NCBI RefSeq assembly: GCF_006345805.1
Contig: NC_043004.1
Coordinates: forward strand, 97,278,001 to 97,342,000
Length of the DNA: 64,000 nucleotides
Direction of reading: 5' to 3'
Source: Octopus sinensis
Taxonomy: Eukaryota
Position 1 is the stretch's first letter; each line of letters starts with the position of its first letter. Under the pieces are notes generated by a model. It saw nothing but the letters and a program-made list of their open reading frames with translations. It did no database searches and was not told where the DNA came from. Shown here piece by piece: positions 1 through 11,700 of this stretch. A program made the position numbers and the translations under genes.

Positions 1-192
1 GTTTCTGTTTGTATGACTGTATGTGAGTGAGTTTATGTCTATGTGTTTGCGTATGCTTATGTGTATATATTTTCGTGTAATTGTGCATGCCTTAATAACT
101 TAGGTAATAGTAGGTTTATATTTGTAGGGCAAGTAGACGTTGGCTGTTAAAAATAGTAAGACAGTAAGGTTAAGTGAAATAGATTATTTAAT

Positions 193-470
193 ATGCGCAG
201 GCATGGCTATCTGGTCAAGAAGCTCGCTCTGGTTGCGTGTTCAGTCCCTCTGTGCAGCACCTTGGGCAAATAAATTCTTAGGCAAGAATTTGTAGATGGA
301 AACTGTATGAAAGACCGTCGTATATATGTGTGTGTATCTGTATATGTGCCTTTTTTGTGTTTATTTCAAAACACACCGCTTGGCAACCAGTGGTGATTTG
401 TTCTCATTCACGTAAGTAATGGTTCAACAAAGCAGACCGATTAAATAAGCACTAGGTCGATTTGTTGGAC
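193..470 (+). mobile_element. Degraded SINE-B-like element (older variant)
   Basis: gcgcaggcatggct head, accttgggcaa, gtagatggaaactg, central (TA)/(TG) tract and gaccgattaaataagcact match the intact B copies elsewhere in the window. Confidence 0.55.
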
Positions 471-652
471 GCGTGCTTATAGTGATAAATTATATGGTTA
501 TTGACGAATTTGTCTATTTTCGGCATATTTGGCATTAGAATGTTTTTTTCTTTTACCCTTGTTTATAAGTTGTTTATAAATTTAACCTTTAAAGGGATTT
601 TTTAATATGCTGGGCATTGATAGAATTTTTCCGAAAACTTTTATCCTATATT

Positions 653-684
<32 letters not shown>

Positions 685-840
685 ATACGTTTAAATATTT
701 GTTGTGCAAGATTTTTTTATGTGAAGTCGTGTGTTGAAACAGATATTGTTATATTTCGGAATGGTCATATTGCCAGTTTAGCCAATTGGCTAAACTGGCA
801 ATATGACCATTTCGAAATATATATATATATATATATAAGA

Positions 841-892
841 AAGGCTTCTTTCAGCTTCTGTCTACCAAATCCACTCAAAATCTTTGGTCGAC
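841..892 (-). mobile_element. SINE-B internal fragment
   Basis: ggcttctttcagcttctgtctaccaaatccactca is the reverse complement of the B core. Confidence 0.55.
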
Positions 893-971
893 GCGCTGGC
901 AGTATCATTAAGCGCGCTGGCTTAGCTGCATTTCTCCCGCCTTTACTATCTGAATTGAAATACTACCTAGG

Positions 972-1050
972 GTGACTTTACCTTCATCCTTCCTGGGTCG
1001 ATAAAAATGTACCAGCTGCGCACTGAGGTCGATGCAATTGACTTACCTCT
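972..1050 (+). mobile_element. SINE-A/A2 body fragment
   Basis: gactttaccttcatccttcctgggtcgataaaaatgtaccagctgcgcactgaggtcgatgcaattgactta resembles the A body. Confidence 0.55.
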
Positions 1051-1109
1051 GGCTACCGGAATTGGTTTAGTGTCAAACCTTGAAACTAATACTATGGGTA
1101 ATGTGGCTC

Positions 1110-1405
1110 TTCATCTGTTACGACAAGTGTTCCTGATTGGAACAACCGAATGGCGTTTTCGTAAAATTAACGTGCAAGTAATTGAGCACTCCACAGATAC
1201 GTAACCTTGCCGTAGTTCTCAAGGAAACTCATCGTGACACAGAATGTCCCAAGGCTGGACCCTTGACTTACAAGTACAACTCATTTTTAACCAGCTGAGT
1301 GGAATGGAGCGACAAGAAATAATGTGTCTAGCTCAAAGACACAATGCGCCGCCGGGAGTGGAACATACTACCTTACGATCGTCAGCCGAATAGACTAACA
1401 CGCTT
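1110..1405 (-). mobile_element. tRNA-derived SINE type G (core 2 + tail 1), degraded
   Basis: Minus strand reads decayed tRNA head, ccactcagctgg...aaaatgagttgtac, then gtggagtgctca...cacgttaatttt. Confidence 0.7.
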
Positions 1406-2021
1406 TTACATTATTATAAATAATCACTATTGAAACTATTATGCTGGTATTTGTTGTCATATTTGTTGTCCAGTAAGAAGTAGTTCAAGAAGAATTGCAC
1501 CAGAAAACTACAGTAAAATGCTTCGTGATGGGTTTAACAGGAAGCAACCAATCGAGAGATGAACTCTGACACATCTCGGAGAAAGCTGTCACCAGAATCT
1601 CTTTAGCTAATCCTCAGTTGTGTGAAGACATCTCAGTACTTTTTCTAATAAATATTGCGTGTAAATTTTTTGTGATAATAACATCTATGTTTTTTAAAAA
1701 GCATACCACATAATTTTGAATTTGCAAGAACTTATTTTTTATGCAGTTTATACGATGTGGTGATTTGATTAAGCCTATATTTATATATTTGAAGTTAGCC
1801 TCTGAGACCCAGAATTTCAGTGTCATCGTTTACGATGCATGAAAGAGTGAATTTATTTCTCTACAAAGTAACGCTTAAGTTTTCTTTTTGAGCCTGTGAA
1901 GGATGATAATCCAATGTTCTTCCGTATTTAATTCGAGGTTAGGGATTCAATGCCTTCGCAAACTTTTATAGCACTGGAAGACTTTCTTTTACAATTCACC
2001 TTACGCAATGTTTCTACTTAC

Positions 2022-2035
2022 AGATAGATAGATAA

Positions 2036-2117
<82 letters not shown>
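2022..2117. repeat. (GATA)n microsatellite
   Basis: Directly visible. Confidence 0.98.
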
Positions 2118-2119
<2 letters not shown>

Positions 2120-2179
2120 AAAGATAAGTTCCAAGCCAAATACTCAAAATATTATAGGCTAATAACTATTTTATTATTT

Positions 2180-2990
2180 TATCGATCTACTTCAGATAAA
2201 GAACAAAATATTGTGATGTCAATTTTCCACAATATTCTTCAGCAGTCCGAATATTTCTTAAGAGGATCGAACGAGCTAGGTGTTTCGCTATATTAAAATC
2301 GATGGAGTGGAATCATTTGCTGATTTCATGAAAATAAAAGTTAAACCTTCGAAAATATATTACAAATATGATTTTTGATATACAAGGAGGAGGTAGTTGA
2401 CACACAAAATTGTTGTAATTTAAATGTATATGTTTCTAGTTATGAACTAAGATAGGTTTGACCCAGGAATATTTGTAGTGTTATAGCAGATAAAGCATTA
2501 GCTCTTTCAGAAATTTTCTAATAATAAACAATTCACTAACTCAGTAGAAATAATTCCTCTTATATCTTTAATTGCCGAAATCGAGGGAATAATATAAGAA
2601 TTAAGTTCATATTGTTTTTGAATAATATCATACACAGATATAATGTATTACTATATTCAGGCATAGCAATTTTGCGTTGAACAGAATTCACTTATTGGAT
2701 GATTTCTGAATATCATTCATTATGTATCTTAGACTAGAAATGTGTAATTTATCATTGCCCGCATATAGTTTTAATGAGGCTAATCTGATAATTAATATCA
2801 TATCATTGATATAAATGAGAAAGAGAAGTGGACTCAACAGACTGCCTTGAGAGACACCACTTTGCCTGCAAGCACTGAAGAGAATCTATCGTAGATATGA
2901 ACGAACTGAGTTTGATTGGATAAATAATCTTTGACCTAATCTTCTATGTACGTGTTAAAATCGTATGATTGCATTATTTGTATAAGTTTG
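2180..2990 (-). pseudogene. Decayed CR1-group LINE reverse transcriptase
   Basis: Minus-strand translation gives SGVSQGSLLSPLLFLIYINDM...KLYAGNDKL (PQG and YADD motifs decayed), followed by YELNSYIIPSISAIKDIRGIIS. Confidence 0.75.
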
Positions 2991-3074
2991 TTGTGACTAA
3001 CAGAATCGAATGGTTTTTCTATATCAATACAGAAAATACCTACAGAGTTAATATTAACAATTTCTTTTATTCAG

Positions 3075-3114
3075 GTGTCTAGACAAGAGAGTAGGTATCT
3101 AGACGAGAGAGTAG
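3075..3114 (+). other. Candidate 40 nt micro-exon made of a 20 bp tandem duplication
   Basis: tttcttttattcag acceptor, two copies of gtRtctagacRagagagtag, then gtaagt donor. Confidence 0.3.
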
Positions 3115-3456
3115 GTAAGTAACTGGAGAATGTTTTGGTAAAGAGCCATGTTGATCAATTGATAAAAGTTGGAGTCAAATGATTTAGTTATACAGAATTA
3201 AAAGAGTTAAATAATTTAGTCATAATGAATGAATTTAAATGTTTTTTCTTTAACCTCAGATACTAAGATCTTTTTCTATTCAGAGAGAACTTGACATCTT
3301 TCCAAATTGACGGCAATGTCTGAGAGGCAAAACAAAAATATAACAAAAAGATTCAAATCATTCAAATGCAACTTTATTAAAATGTGGAATACCACAGAGC
3401 CGTTTCTAAAGGTTTTGGAGCTAGAAATTTCAAATAACTTTATAGTATTTAAGGTT

Positions 3457-3528
3457 TAACCCGCAAGCCCGCTGCTCTAACTACTAGGCCGTGCGCCCCA
3501 CAAGGCCGATGAATATAACGTTCATAAA
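3457..3528 (-). repeat. Second copy of a SINE head plus its 5' flank (copy of about 4160-4231)
   Basis: aacccgcRagYccgctgctctaactactaggccgtg...cacaaggcYgatgaatataacRttc occurs at both positions. Confidence 0.75.
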
Positions 3529-3917
3529 TTTACATATCAAGGGGCAATGTTTTTACGGTTAAGTTTCAATCGATTCTATTATATTTAGTAAATAAGCGTG
3601 TGTGCGTGCTTGCATGCATGTGTTTGTGTGTGCATGTATATGCGTATGTGCGTGTGCATGTTTGTATGTGTACGTCCCACCGTTCTGTGTCCACAATCTT
3701 CTTGCATCTTTAGTACATAATAACCATCTCAAATTATTAGTAATTTAGAATATTTTGCAAACATTCATAATTTGATACCACTGTGTGGTTTTATAGTATT
3801 TGATGACTATATGAAATACATTTCTGCGATCAGAGAGAGACCGAGAGAGAAAAAGAGAGTGAGAGAGAGAGAGAAAGCATATGTAAGGGTGCTGCTTTCT
3901 GTAAGGTTGATGAATAT

Positions 3918-4205
3918 TGTTATTCTTTGTTCCTTCTCGAGACATGCCCGGCTCACAAGGGTCGGTTTCCCGCTTTCATTCGCGTATAGATTTCCCACCT
4001 GGACTGGACGCCGGTCCGTTGCATGAGTGCTACTAGATGCAGAAGGACAGAGTGAAAGAAAGTTGTGGCGAAACGTCAGCAGACGTGCGCCATTACCTTC
4101 TGCGGGAGCCGCGTGAAGCTTGGGTGTTTTGCTCATAAACACACAGACCACTGAAATTCAAACCCGCGAGTCCGCTGCTCTAACTACTAGGCCGTGTACC
4201 TCCAC
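3918..4205 (-). mobile_element. tRNA-derived SINE type H (core 1 + tail 2)
   Basis: C-like head and core (gagcaaaacacc...ccacaactttct) followed by the ggaccggcgtccagtccagg tail; 15 bp TSD aaggYtgatgaatat at 3903-3917 and 4206-4220. Confidence 0.75.
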
Positions 4206-4510
4206 AAGGCTGATGAATATAACATTCGTAAACGTGTAACTCATATGATCTAAACTGGAGCACGATGAAAACTTTAGGCCAATTATGTTAATTCTAGGGA
4301 AATAAAGCAGTAATTCGCCATCAAATCAATTCATCTAAAAAAGTAACTTACTAAGATGTTTTAAAATTTAGACACACTAAGTTAAAGAAATCTTGCAATA
4401 CATTTAGTATTATCGACTTATATCTTGGAAATCACAGCATGGCATTGCATTTCGACAATTATGCACTTACGGTTTCTGTGATACACAGTCACTTTCCTCG
4501 GCACCAGCAG

Positions 4511-4892
4511 TGGAGGCGCAATGGCCCAGTGGTTAGGGCAGCGGACTCGCGGTCATAGGATCGTGGTTTCGATTCCCAGACCGGGCGTTGTGAGTGTTTA
4601 TTGAGCGAAAACACCTAAAAGATCCACGAGGCTCCGGCAGGGATGGTGGTGATCCCTGTTGTACTCTTTCACCACAACTTTCTCTCACTCTTACTTCCTG
4701 TTTCTGTTGTACCTGTATTTCAAAGGGCCGGCCTTGTCACTCTCTATGTCACGCTGAATCTCTCCGAGGACTACGTTAAGGGTACACGTTTCTGTGGAGT
4801 GCTCAGCCACTTACACGTTAATTTCACGAGCAGGCTGTTCCTTTGATCAGATCAACCGGAACTCTCATCGTCGTAACCGACGGAGTGCTTCC
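4511..4892 (+). mobile_element. tRNA(Arg-like)-derived SINE type C, full length
   Basis: A-box-like tggcccagtgg and B-box-like gtttcgattcc; close match to the copy at 42548; TSD cctcRgcaccagc at 4496-4508 and 4895-4907. Confidence 0.9.
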
Positions 4893-5097
4893 TCCCTCAG
4901 CACCAGCGTCTTCGTTTCAATCTCACAAACAGTATTTCGTGTTTCCCCAAATAGTAGACAGTCCTACCTATGGAAACAAGCGCCTATTTAGATGACGTAC
5001 CAGTGGTAAAACCGGCGAAGAACATAACAAAAGATTATCTAAATCATTAAAAGTTGTTCTTAGATGTAATATGACACTTGATATTATGGAAATATAA

Positions 5098-5310
5098 GGC
5101 TGCGAGCTGGTAGAATCGTAACTGCGCCGGCAAAAATGCTTAGTAGTATTTCTTCTTACTTTACGTCCTGGGTTCAAATACTTCCGAGTTCGACTTGACC
5201 TTTTATCTTTTCGGTATCAAGTACTAGTTGAAAACTGGGGTTGATGTAATCAACTTACCCCCTCCTCGGAAATTACTGGCCTTGTGCAAAAATTTGAAAC
5301 GAATATTACG
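5098..5310 (+). mobile_element. SINE-A2 (A head and body with a different tail)
   Basis: ggctgcgagctggtagaa head; tail gaaattactggccttgtgcaaaaatttgaaac shared with the other A2 copies. Confidence 0.75.
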
Positions 5311-5693
5311 GAAATATAAATTTTCTGTGTTCAAACCATTCAGTTTATGAAAATAATCAAAATGAAATGCATCCTACCACTCAAATTAAACTCCACTCGA
5401 AGAAATTCTTGTTCTTGTTCATTTATTACTCTTAACAGGTTCTTTACTTCGCTGAATAAATAAGACTTCTGATCAGTGTTCGGTTTTCCTTCTCTGAAGA
5501 AACCGTAACAAGGATCAATAATTTAATAAAAAAGCCATTATGGAGGCTATCAAATGAAAGTAAATGAATGTTTTCTGTTTACTCTAGAAATGAACACCTT
5601 TGAGGCAACCATCCGGTTGCTCCAGAATAAAAGTTCGTAGGTCGAGGCACTTTTCGGTGTTCAAGAATTGCAGCGATTGTAAGACGATTGTAA

Positions 5694-6113
5694 GGCGGTG
5701 AGCTGGCAGAAACTTTAGAACGCCAGGCGAAATGCGTAGCCGTATTTCGTCTGCCGTTACGTTCTGAGTTCAAATTCCGCTGAGGTCGACTTTGCCTTTC
5801 ATCCTTTCGGGGTCGACAAATTAAGTATTAGTTACGCACTGGGGTTGATGTAATCGACTTAATCCCTTTATCTATCCTTGTTTGTCCCCTCTACTTTTAG
5901 CCTCTTGTGGGTAATAAAGAAATAGGTATTTAGTTTGCTGTTACGATCTGAGTTCAAATTCCACCGAGGTTGACTTTGCCTTTCATCCTTTCGGGGTCGA
6001 TAAATTAAGTACCAGTTACGCACTGGGGTTGATCTAAACGACTTAATCCCTATGTCTATCCTTGTTTGACCCTCTGCGTTTAGCCACTTGTGAGAAATAA
6101 AGAAATATGAAAT
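5694..6113 (+). mobile_element. SINE-A, head plus two body-tail units
   Basis: Two body-tail units; 18 bp TSD aagaattgcagcgattgt at 5663-5680 and 6114-6131. Confidence 0.9.
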
Positions 6114-6239
6114 AAGAATTGCAGCGATTGTTGTGGATATCAAAAGTTGACATCACCTTTATATAGGCAAACAATTAACCTTATGTTCGATATAAAATAC
6201 TGAAGTAAGATTAAAATTATTAAATATCGTAGTAACGAT

Positions 6240-6445
6240 TAGAACTCATGCCTTTCAGCTACGAAATCTTACACGATCCTAGATAGCTTAAAGCTGCTAC
6301 AGATGCGCCGTTAATTAATATTCATGATAATCCTTCTCAAAGCAACCTCTTACCACTCCACAAATCTTTTTATCATCCTAGTAATTCATGATTGGCATAT
6401 TTTGTTTGGTTACAAAATCTTTGGGGATGACACTAAATTGCTATT
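6240..6445 (+). pseudogene. Very decayed LINE RT remnant
   Basis: IHDWHILFGYKIFGDDTKL resembles the CR1-type YIND...FADDTKL motif; surroundings are heavily decayed. Confidence 0.35.
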
Positions 6446-7290
6446 CCTAGATGCTACATTTATCAAAATTTAAGCTTCAATACGGTAATCGAGAACCCTT
6501 TCAAGTCATTCTATTTATTTGTACTTTTTCAACATAAACATTGGTTTTAAGTTTCCGGTGTCTTCATCACCAAGCAAAAAATATCTATTTAGTGTTGTCG
6601 ATGGGTGTTTATATCTTCTGGTTGTTATCCATGTCGCAAAACTTCGTCGTTAGCTCTCATATATACTTTAAAAACGTAGTTTCCTTTTTCAGTTCACCTG
6701 GGTATGTCGACGTATATCGTTAGCCTCCTTCATGTATCCAAAATAAAAACTTTTCATGATGAACCGCAAAAACTCACCCGCACTACAAGAAGTGAGGAGT
6801 CTGATATTGGCAGGGAAACCAGGATATTAGACATAGAAGGTAAAATTTTAACTTCTCTCTCATTTAATCAATTCTATTTCTTTTAGTTCTATTTCTATAA
6901 GTTGTGACCCTTGCTTCTGTGCATCTACAAACATTATAAGTGAAGGATGCCTTTTCACTTTTCTTTTAAAAATGCTAACCAGTATTTCTTTGCCCAGTAA
7001 GTGTCTCTTGGGGTGGTAAAAGCGTAACAAAAATTATCTAGTCGAAAAAGTTGACTTATTAGAATCAAATGTCCTAATGTTCACATTGTTTTTAAGAGTG
7101 ATCGAGGCGCTTCCGAAGCAATATAGGACTTAAGTCTGTCTGACTGCTGACTAAGCATCTAAGCACCAAAACCAATTAGACTCTACAAACTAATGAACTG
7201 TCTTTTAACCGGTACTGCGTCGGTCTACTTAAAATTACCTACTGAAAGAATGATTATGCTTTAGTAAACTGTACAAAACAGTTCCGCAAA

Positions 7291-7428
7291 TAGTACTTAA
7301 TTTATCGACCCCGAAAGGATAAACGGTAAAGTCGACATTCGGCGGAATTTGAACTCAGAACGTTAAGACAGACGAAATACCACCAAGCATTTCGACCGGC
7401 ATACTAACGTTTCTGCCAGTTCGCCGCC
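7291..7428 (-). mobile_element. SINE-A 5' portion
   Basis: Reverse complement of the A head and body; the tail is absent. Confidence 0.85.
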
Positions 7429-8119
7429 TTTTTAATCCATTATATTATGTTAGCCCGAACTTAACTATGTATTCTTCATACAAAATGCATACCTGGTAAA
7501 TTTTTATGTTTGTATTTATGAATTGGATAAGGATCGTAAAAGGCACACAATATGGAAGAGTAATATGCAGAATCCTAAACTGAATATACACTCCCTGTGA
7601 TTCAGCAGTTTTAAAACCTGTTTTAACGACAGAATGGGAACAAAGAATTTACAGTTGAATAGCCTTTCTAACTGAAAGTATTCTCGTATAGAATAAAATT
7701 AATTAAAATTTAATCTCCCCTGCCCCTACTCCGTCATAATTGCAGCAATTCTGTCATATATGATGTTAAAGTTATTCCTGTGATCTTTGTATTAGAAAGT
7801 AAAATGATATCATATGAAATTCTATTTGATTTTCTAAATTTTCCATTGGCCTTATACTACATATTATGATAACACTTTATTATATATACTTTTATATTCT
7901 TCAACATTGAGATTATGGGAAATAAAATGAGTGAAAAGATTATTAAAAATTTAGTTTATATTTGAGAATTAATGTCTGCGAAACTTCTTATTCGAATTAA
8001 TGGAATCAGGAGTCACCTGAGCATTACATTGTGATTAGAATATAGTCAGTTTATTTTATAGAACACCACAAACTATTGAGGTACACATTATATTTAGTTG
8101 TATTAATACCTTGTGGTCA

Positions 8120-8450
<331 letters not shown>

Positions 8451-9275
8451 ATATTGTTAAGAAAGCCATTCGTTGTAGATGCATTACTTACTCTCCTTAA
8501 TATATTACCAATGTGCTTGACATTTCAGAATAAAACGCCCTATTCTTAGCTTGAAAAGTTATTACTGGACTTAGCTTTTCTGCAGACGTCACTGTATTTT
8601 GAAGTCGTAGCATAGCCGCTGTTCTTACTTTAGAAACTTTTATGAAAACAGAAACCTTTACAAATTATGTACTGGCAGTGTATAACTTACTTTTCCGGTT
8701 TAGAATAAGAAACACATCAAGTTTTGGCTATCCTAATTTAACGGTAGTAATAGAAATTTATAGTTCTTCTCTCTTATCTTCCTACCAAATGTGGTTGAAA
8801 TAATATATTTGTAGGATATTTCAGACGTTATTAAATGAGTTAAGAAAAATATACTGCAAAGTATTCTTATAATATATTTTACTCACTTTCCATAAATGGT
8901 TTATGTAGCTGAGATTTTGTCATTAAATTCCTTATGCTAAGCTTAAGTATTATTGCAAAACTTCAAATGTTCTTCATACTTCACTCTACTCTATTGTTGA
9001 TGTTTTAATATATCTACAGAACTTTCGTCATTATACAGATAATAATTAATGAACTGGATTCACATTTACTAAACAATGACATAAATATATGTATATGCAT
9101 CGAAATTTTGGGATATTTTCGTTATATTGCACGTAAGTTCTATTATATTTTTTATGGAAAGAAAGGGAAAATATAATTACTTTTATGTAACTATTGATGT
9201 ATTATTGCGAATGTTTGTCATGCCGCTATTAAAAGGTATATAAATTTTTTTGTTTCTATGCATGCATCTGTGTAC

Positions 9276-9309
<34 letters not shown>

Positions 9310-9749
9310 GAAAATACGCACACTTACATAGTTTTAATATAATTTTTGATATATCGACCGGTTTCGCTATCGATATTCATGATATTATGTTTTACTTATT
9401 TGAACGTATATTTTTCCTTAAGAAAAAATTTGGTCCATGTATATATATATATATATATATACATATGTACATGTATGTATACACATACATGTATACGTTT
9501 AGACACACATACATGTATATCTATCATCGCTGACACGTCACCTGAAAGACATTTGAAATGGAGTGGGCTTATATAGGAAGCGAGTTTGAAAATCATTGAC
9601 GTAGTGGCCTGGCAATTATCTGTTGCTTGTTAACATGAGGTCATCATTAACTGAGCCGATTTATCATGAAAGCTGTTCCGTCGTGACAACTTTGCCTTTT
9701 GTATATCGAAGAGAGTATTCTCCTATCCTCTTCGCTGTGAAGAAACAGT

Positions 9750-10290
9750 GTAACTAGAGTCACATTATCTAATGCGCTTTTCTGTTACACACATAATACT
9801 CCCAACCATGGTCACCATACAATTTAAAATTAACTGCGGAACTCGATGCGATCCAACGAAGCTACACGAAGAAAATCGTCTCAATACAGTGTATCAGCTA
9901 CAGAGAAAAACTGAAAGAATTAAAACTCTTCTCCCCAAAACGAAGGCGGGAAAGCTATGCTGTGATATACATCTGGAAAATCCCGGAAGGCCTTGTACCA
10001 AACACTAGCATTGAAAGTTACACAATCAGCAGAACGGGGAGCCACTGCATAGTGCCAAAGATCTCAGTATCACCATCAAATACAAGATCTGATACTGCAA
10101 CAGCTTGTGTTTCGAGGGCTCACAGCTCTTCAATATCCTTCTAAAATGCCTGAAAGACCTGCTTGGTGCGGATGTAGGTATCTTCAAATCAAAACTGGAT
10201 CTCCTCATGTCAAGGGTGTAACACAGTCAACGGTGGTGCCCCAGCATGACCGCAGCTTTGAATCAGAAACAATTCAAATTAAAGAATTAT
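9750..10290 (+). mobile_element. CR1-type LINE 3' fragment (ORF2 C-terminus and 3' UTR)
   Basis: YSQPWSPYNLKLTAELDAIQRSYTKKIVSIQCISYREKLKELKLFSPKRRRESYAVIYIWKIPEGLVPN is a typical CR1 post-RT region. Confidence 0.85.
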
Positions 10291-10399
10291 ATATATGTAT
10301 ATATAAAGGGTGTGATTGAGTTGAGATAGGTAAGGCTGCTTTTTCTGTCAGGTGCAACTACTCTGAAGTTACAATTTCCTCTGTTATACGCAACATACT

Positions 10400-10727
10400 A
10401 CACTCACATGTACACACACATACACACAAACACACACACAAACACACACACAAATAAATAAACAAACGCACACGCACACACGCACACGAACACGCACACA
10501 CGCACACATATGTTGTTGTTCTGTAGCTCTTGTTAAACTTCGGCTTATAATAGAAAACGTTCTAGTCATGGCCGACACGATTTGAAGAAGACTATTTTGA
10601 ACTAATTTAGCAATTTAGCAGTGTGCTCTTCCACATGTTATGGACTGTGATTTGACGGAATCTGGGTGTTGTTTCTAGCATGCCGAATGACCACAAGAAG
10701 TTAACTTCTAGTCTAATGTGTGTGTGT

Positions 10728-10797
<70 letters not shown>

Positions 10798-10863
10798 GAT
10801 ACATATATATACGCACATACATGTACAGGCGCACAAACACACATGCATACATACATATCTATC

Positions 10864-10901
<38 letters not shown>

Positions 10902-10960
10902 ATATATATATATATACAAATATATGCATGCATATTTATATGTCTATCTATCTATCTATC
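10400..10960. repeat. (CA)n, (TA)n and (TCTA)n microsatellite cluster, with a non-repetitive spacer at about 10510-10715
   Basis: Directly visible. Confidence 0.9.
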
Positions 10961-10999
10961 TTATGGACGGACGATAGTCACATCGACTCGTAGTAAGTT

Positions 11000-11700
11000 T
11001 GCTTTTTATTGCCTTCAAATGTTGTGCATTTTATAATATTTTTTTATGTAAAAGTTGTGCAACAACTAATAGATTCGATTGTGCAAGTTGTTTACACGGG
11101 AAACCTGCCCTGCGTGGCGTTTTTCCCGATTTTGTGAATTTGTTTTGGGCTTTCTTAACTATTTTTGTCTTGAGGATGGCGTCTTCAGACCATGAAGACG
11201 GTTTTGTAACGAATGCCGGTCTCCTTAGCAACTCGTTTGACGTTGATTTCCCTACACTGCCTTCACCACAGCTTTATGAAGGAGGGAAGGAGGGGTGAAG
11301 TCTCACACAAGCAGGTGCAAATGTTAGCATGAATGCCAGCACCGCCACCACCAGCACCACCATCAACAACAACAACAACAACAGCGATATCGTCGCAAAG
11401 CCGTCAACCATCCACGAAAGAAAATACCAACACTACCACTGAAAACAAATCCAACTTTGCAGAACCCTTAAAACAAAAAAAGACCATACTACACTTCAAA
11501 ACAGAACAAATGAAACAAACCAAGGCCCTCTTAACTCAAGAAGGTTCAAATCTACACCCCAACATCCTACAAAACATAGACACCACACAAAAGAGAACAA
11601 TAGTGTTTAAAATAATTAACGCAGTCAAACACATTGCAGTGTGAGGACAATCTGGAAGTTTATGCCACGAATATGAATGGTATGAAAAGAAGGATTTAAT
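11000..11700 (+). other. Possible decayed 5' end or ORF1 of a non-LTR retrotransposon
   Basis: Broken reading frames (MASSDHEDGF...DFPTLPSP; AEPLKQKK...FKIINAVKHIAV) with LINE-like A/C-rich plus-strand bias; no diagnostic motif. Confidence 0.25.

Noticed and set aside
4511-4590. Functional tRNA genes at SINE heads
   Set aside because: The boxes are present, but the cloverleaves are broken and each head continues into a SINE body.
6500-6900. Possible LINE APE endonuclease remnant on the minus strand
   Set aside because: Only weak echoes of the YRPP and GDFN motifs; too decayed to call.
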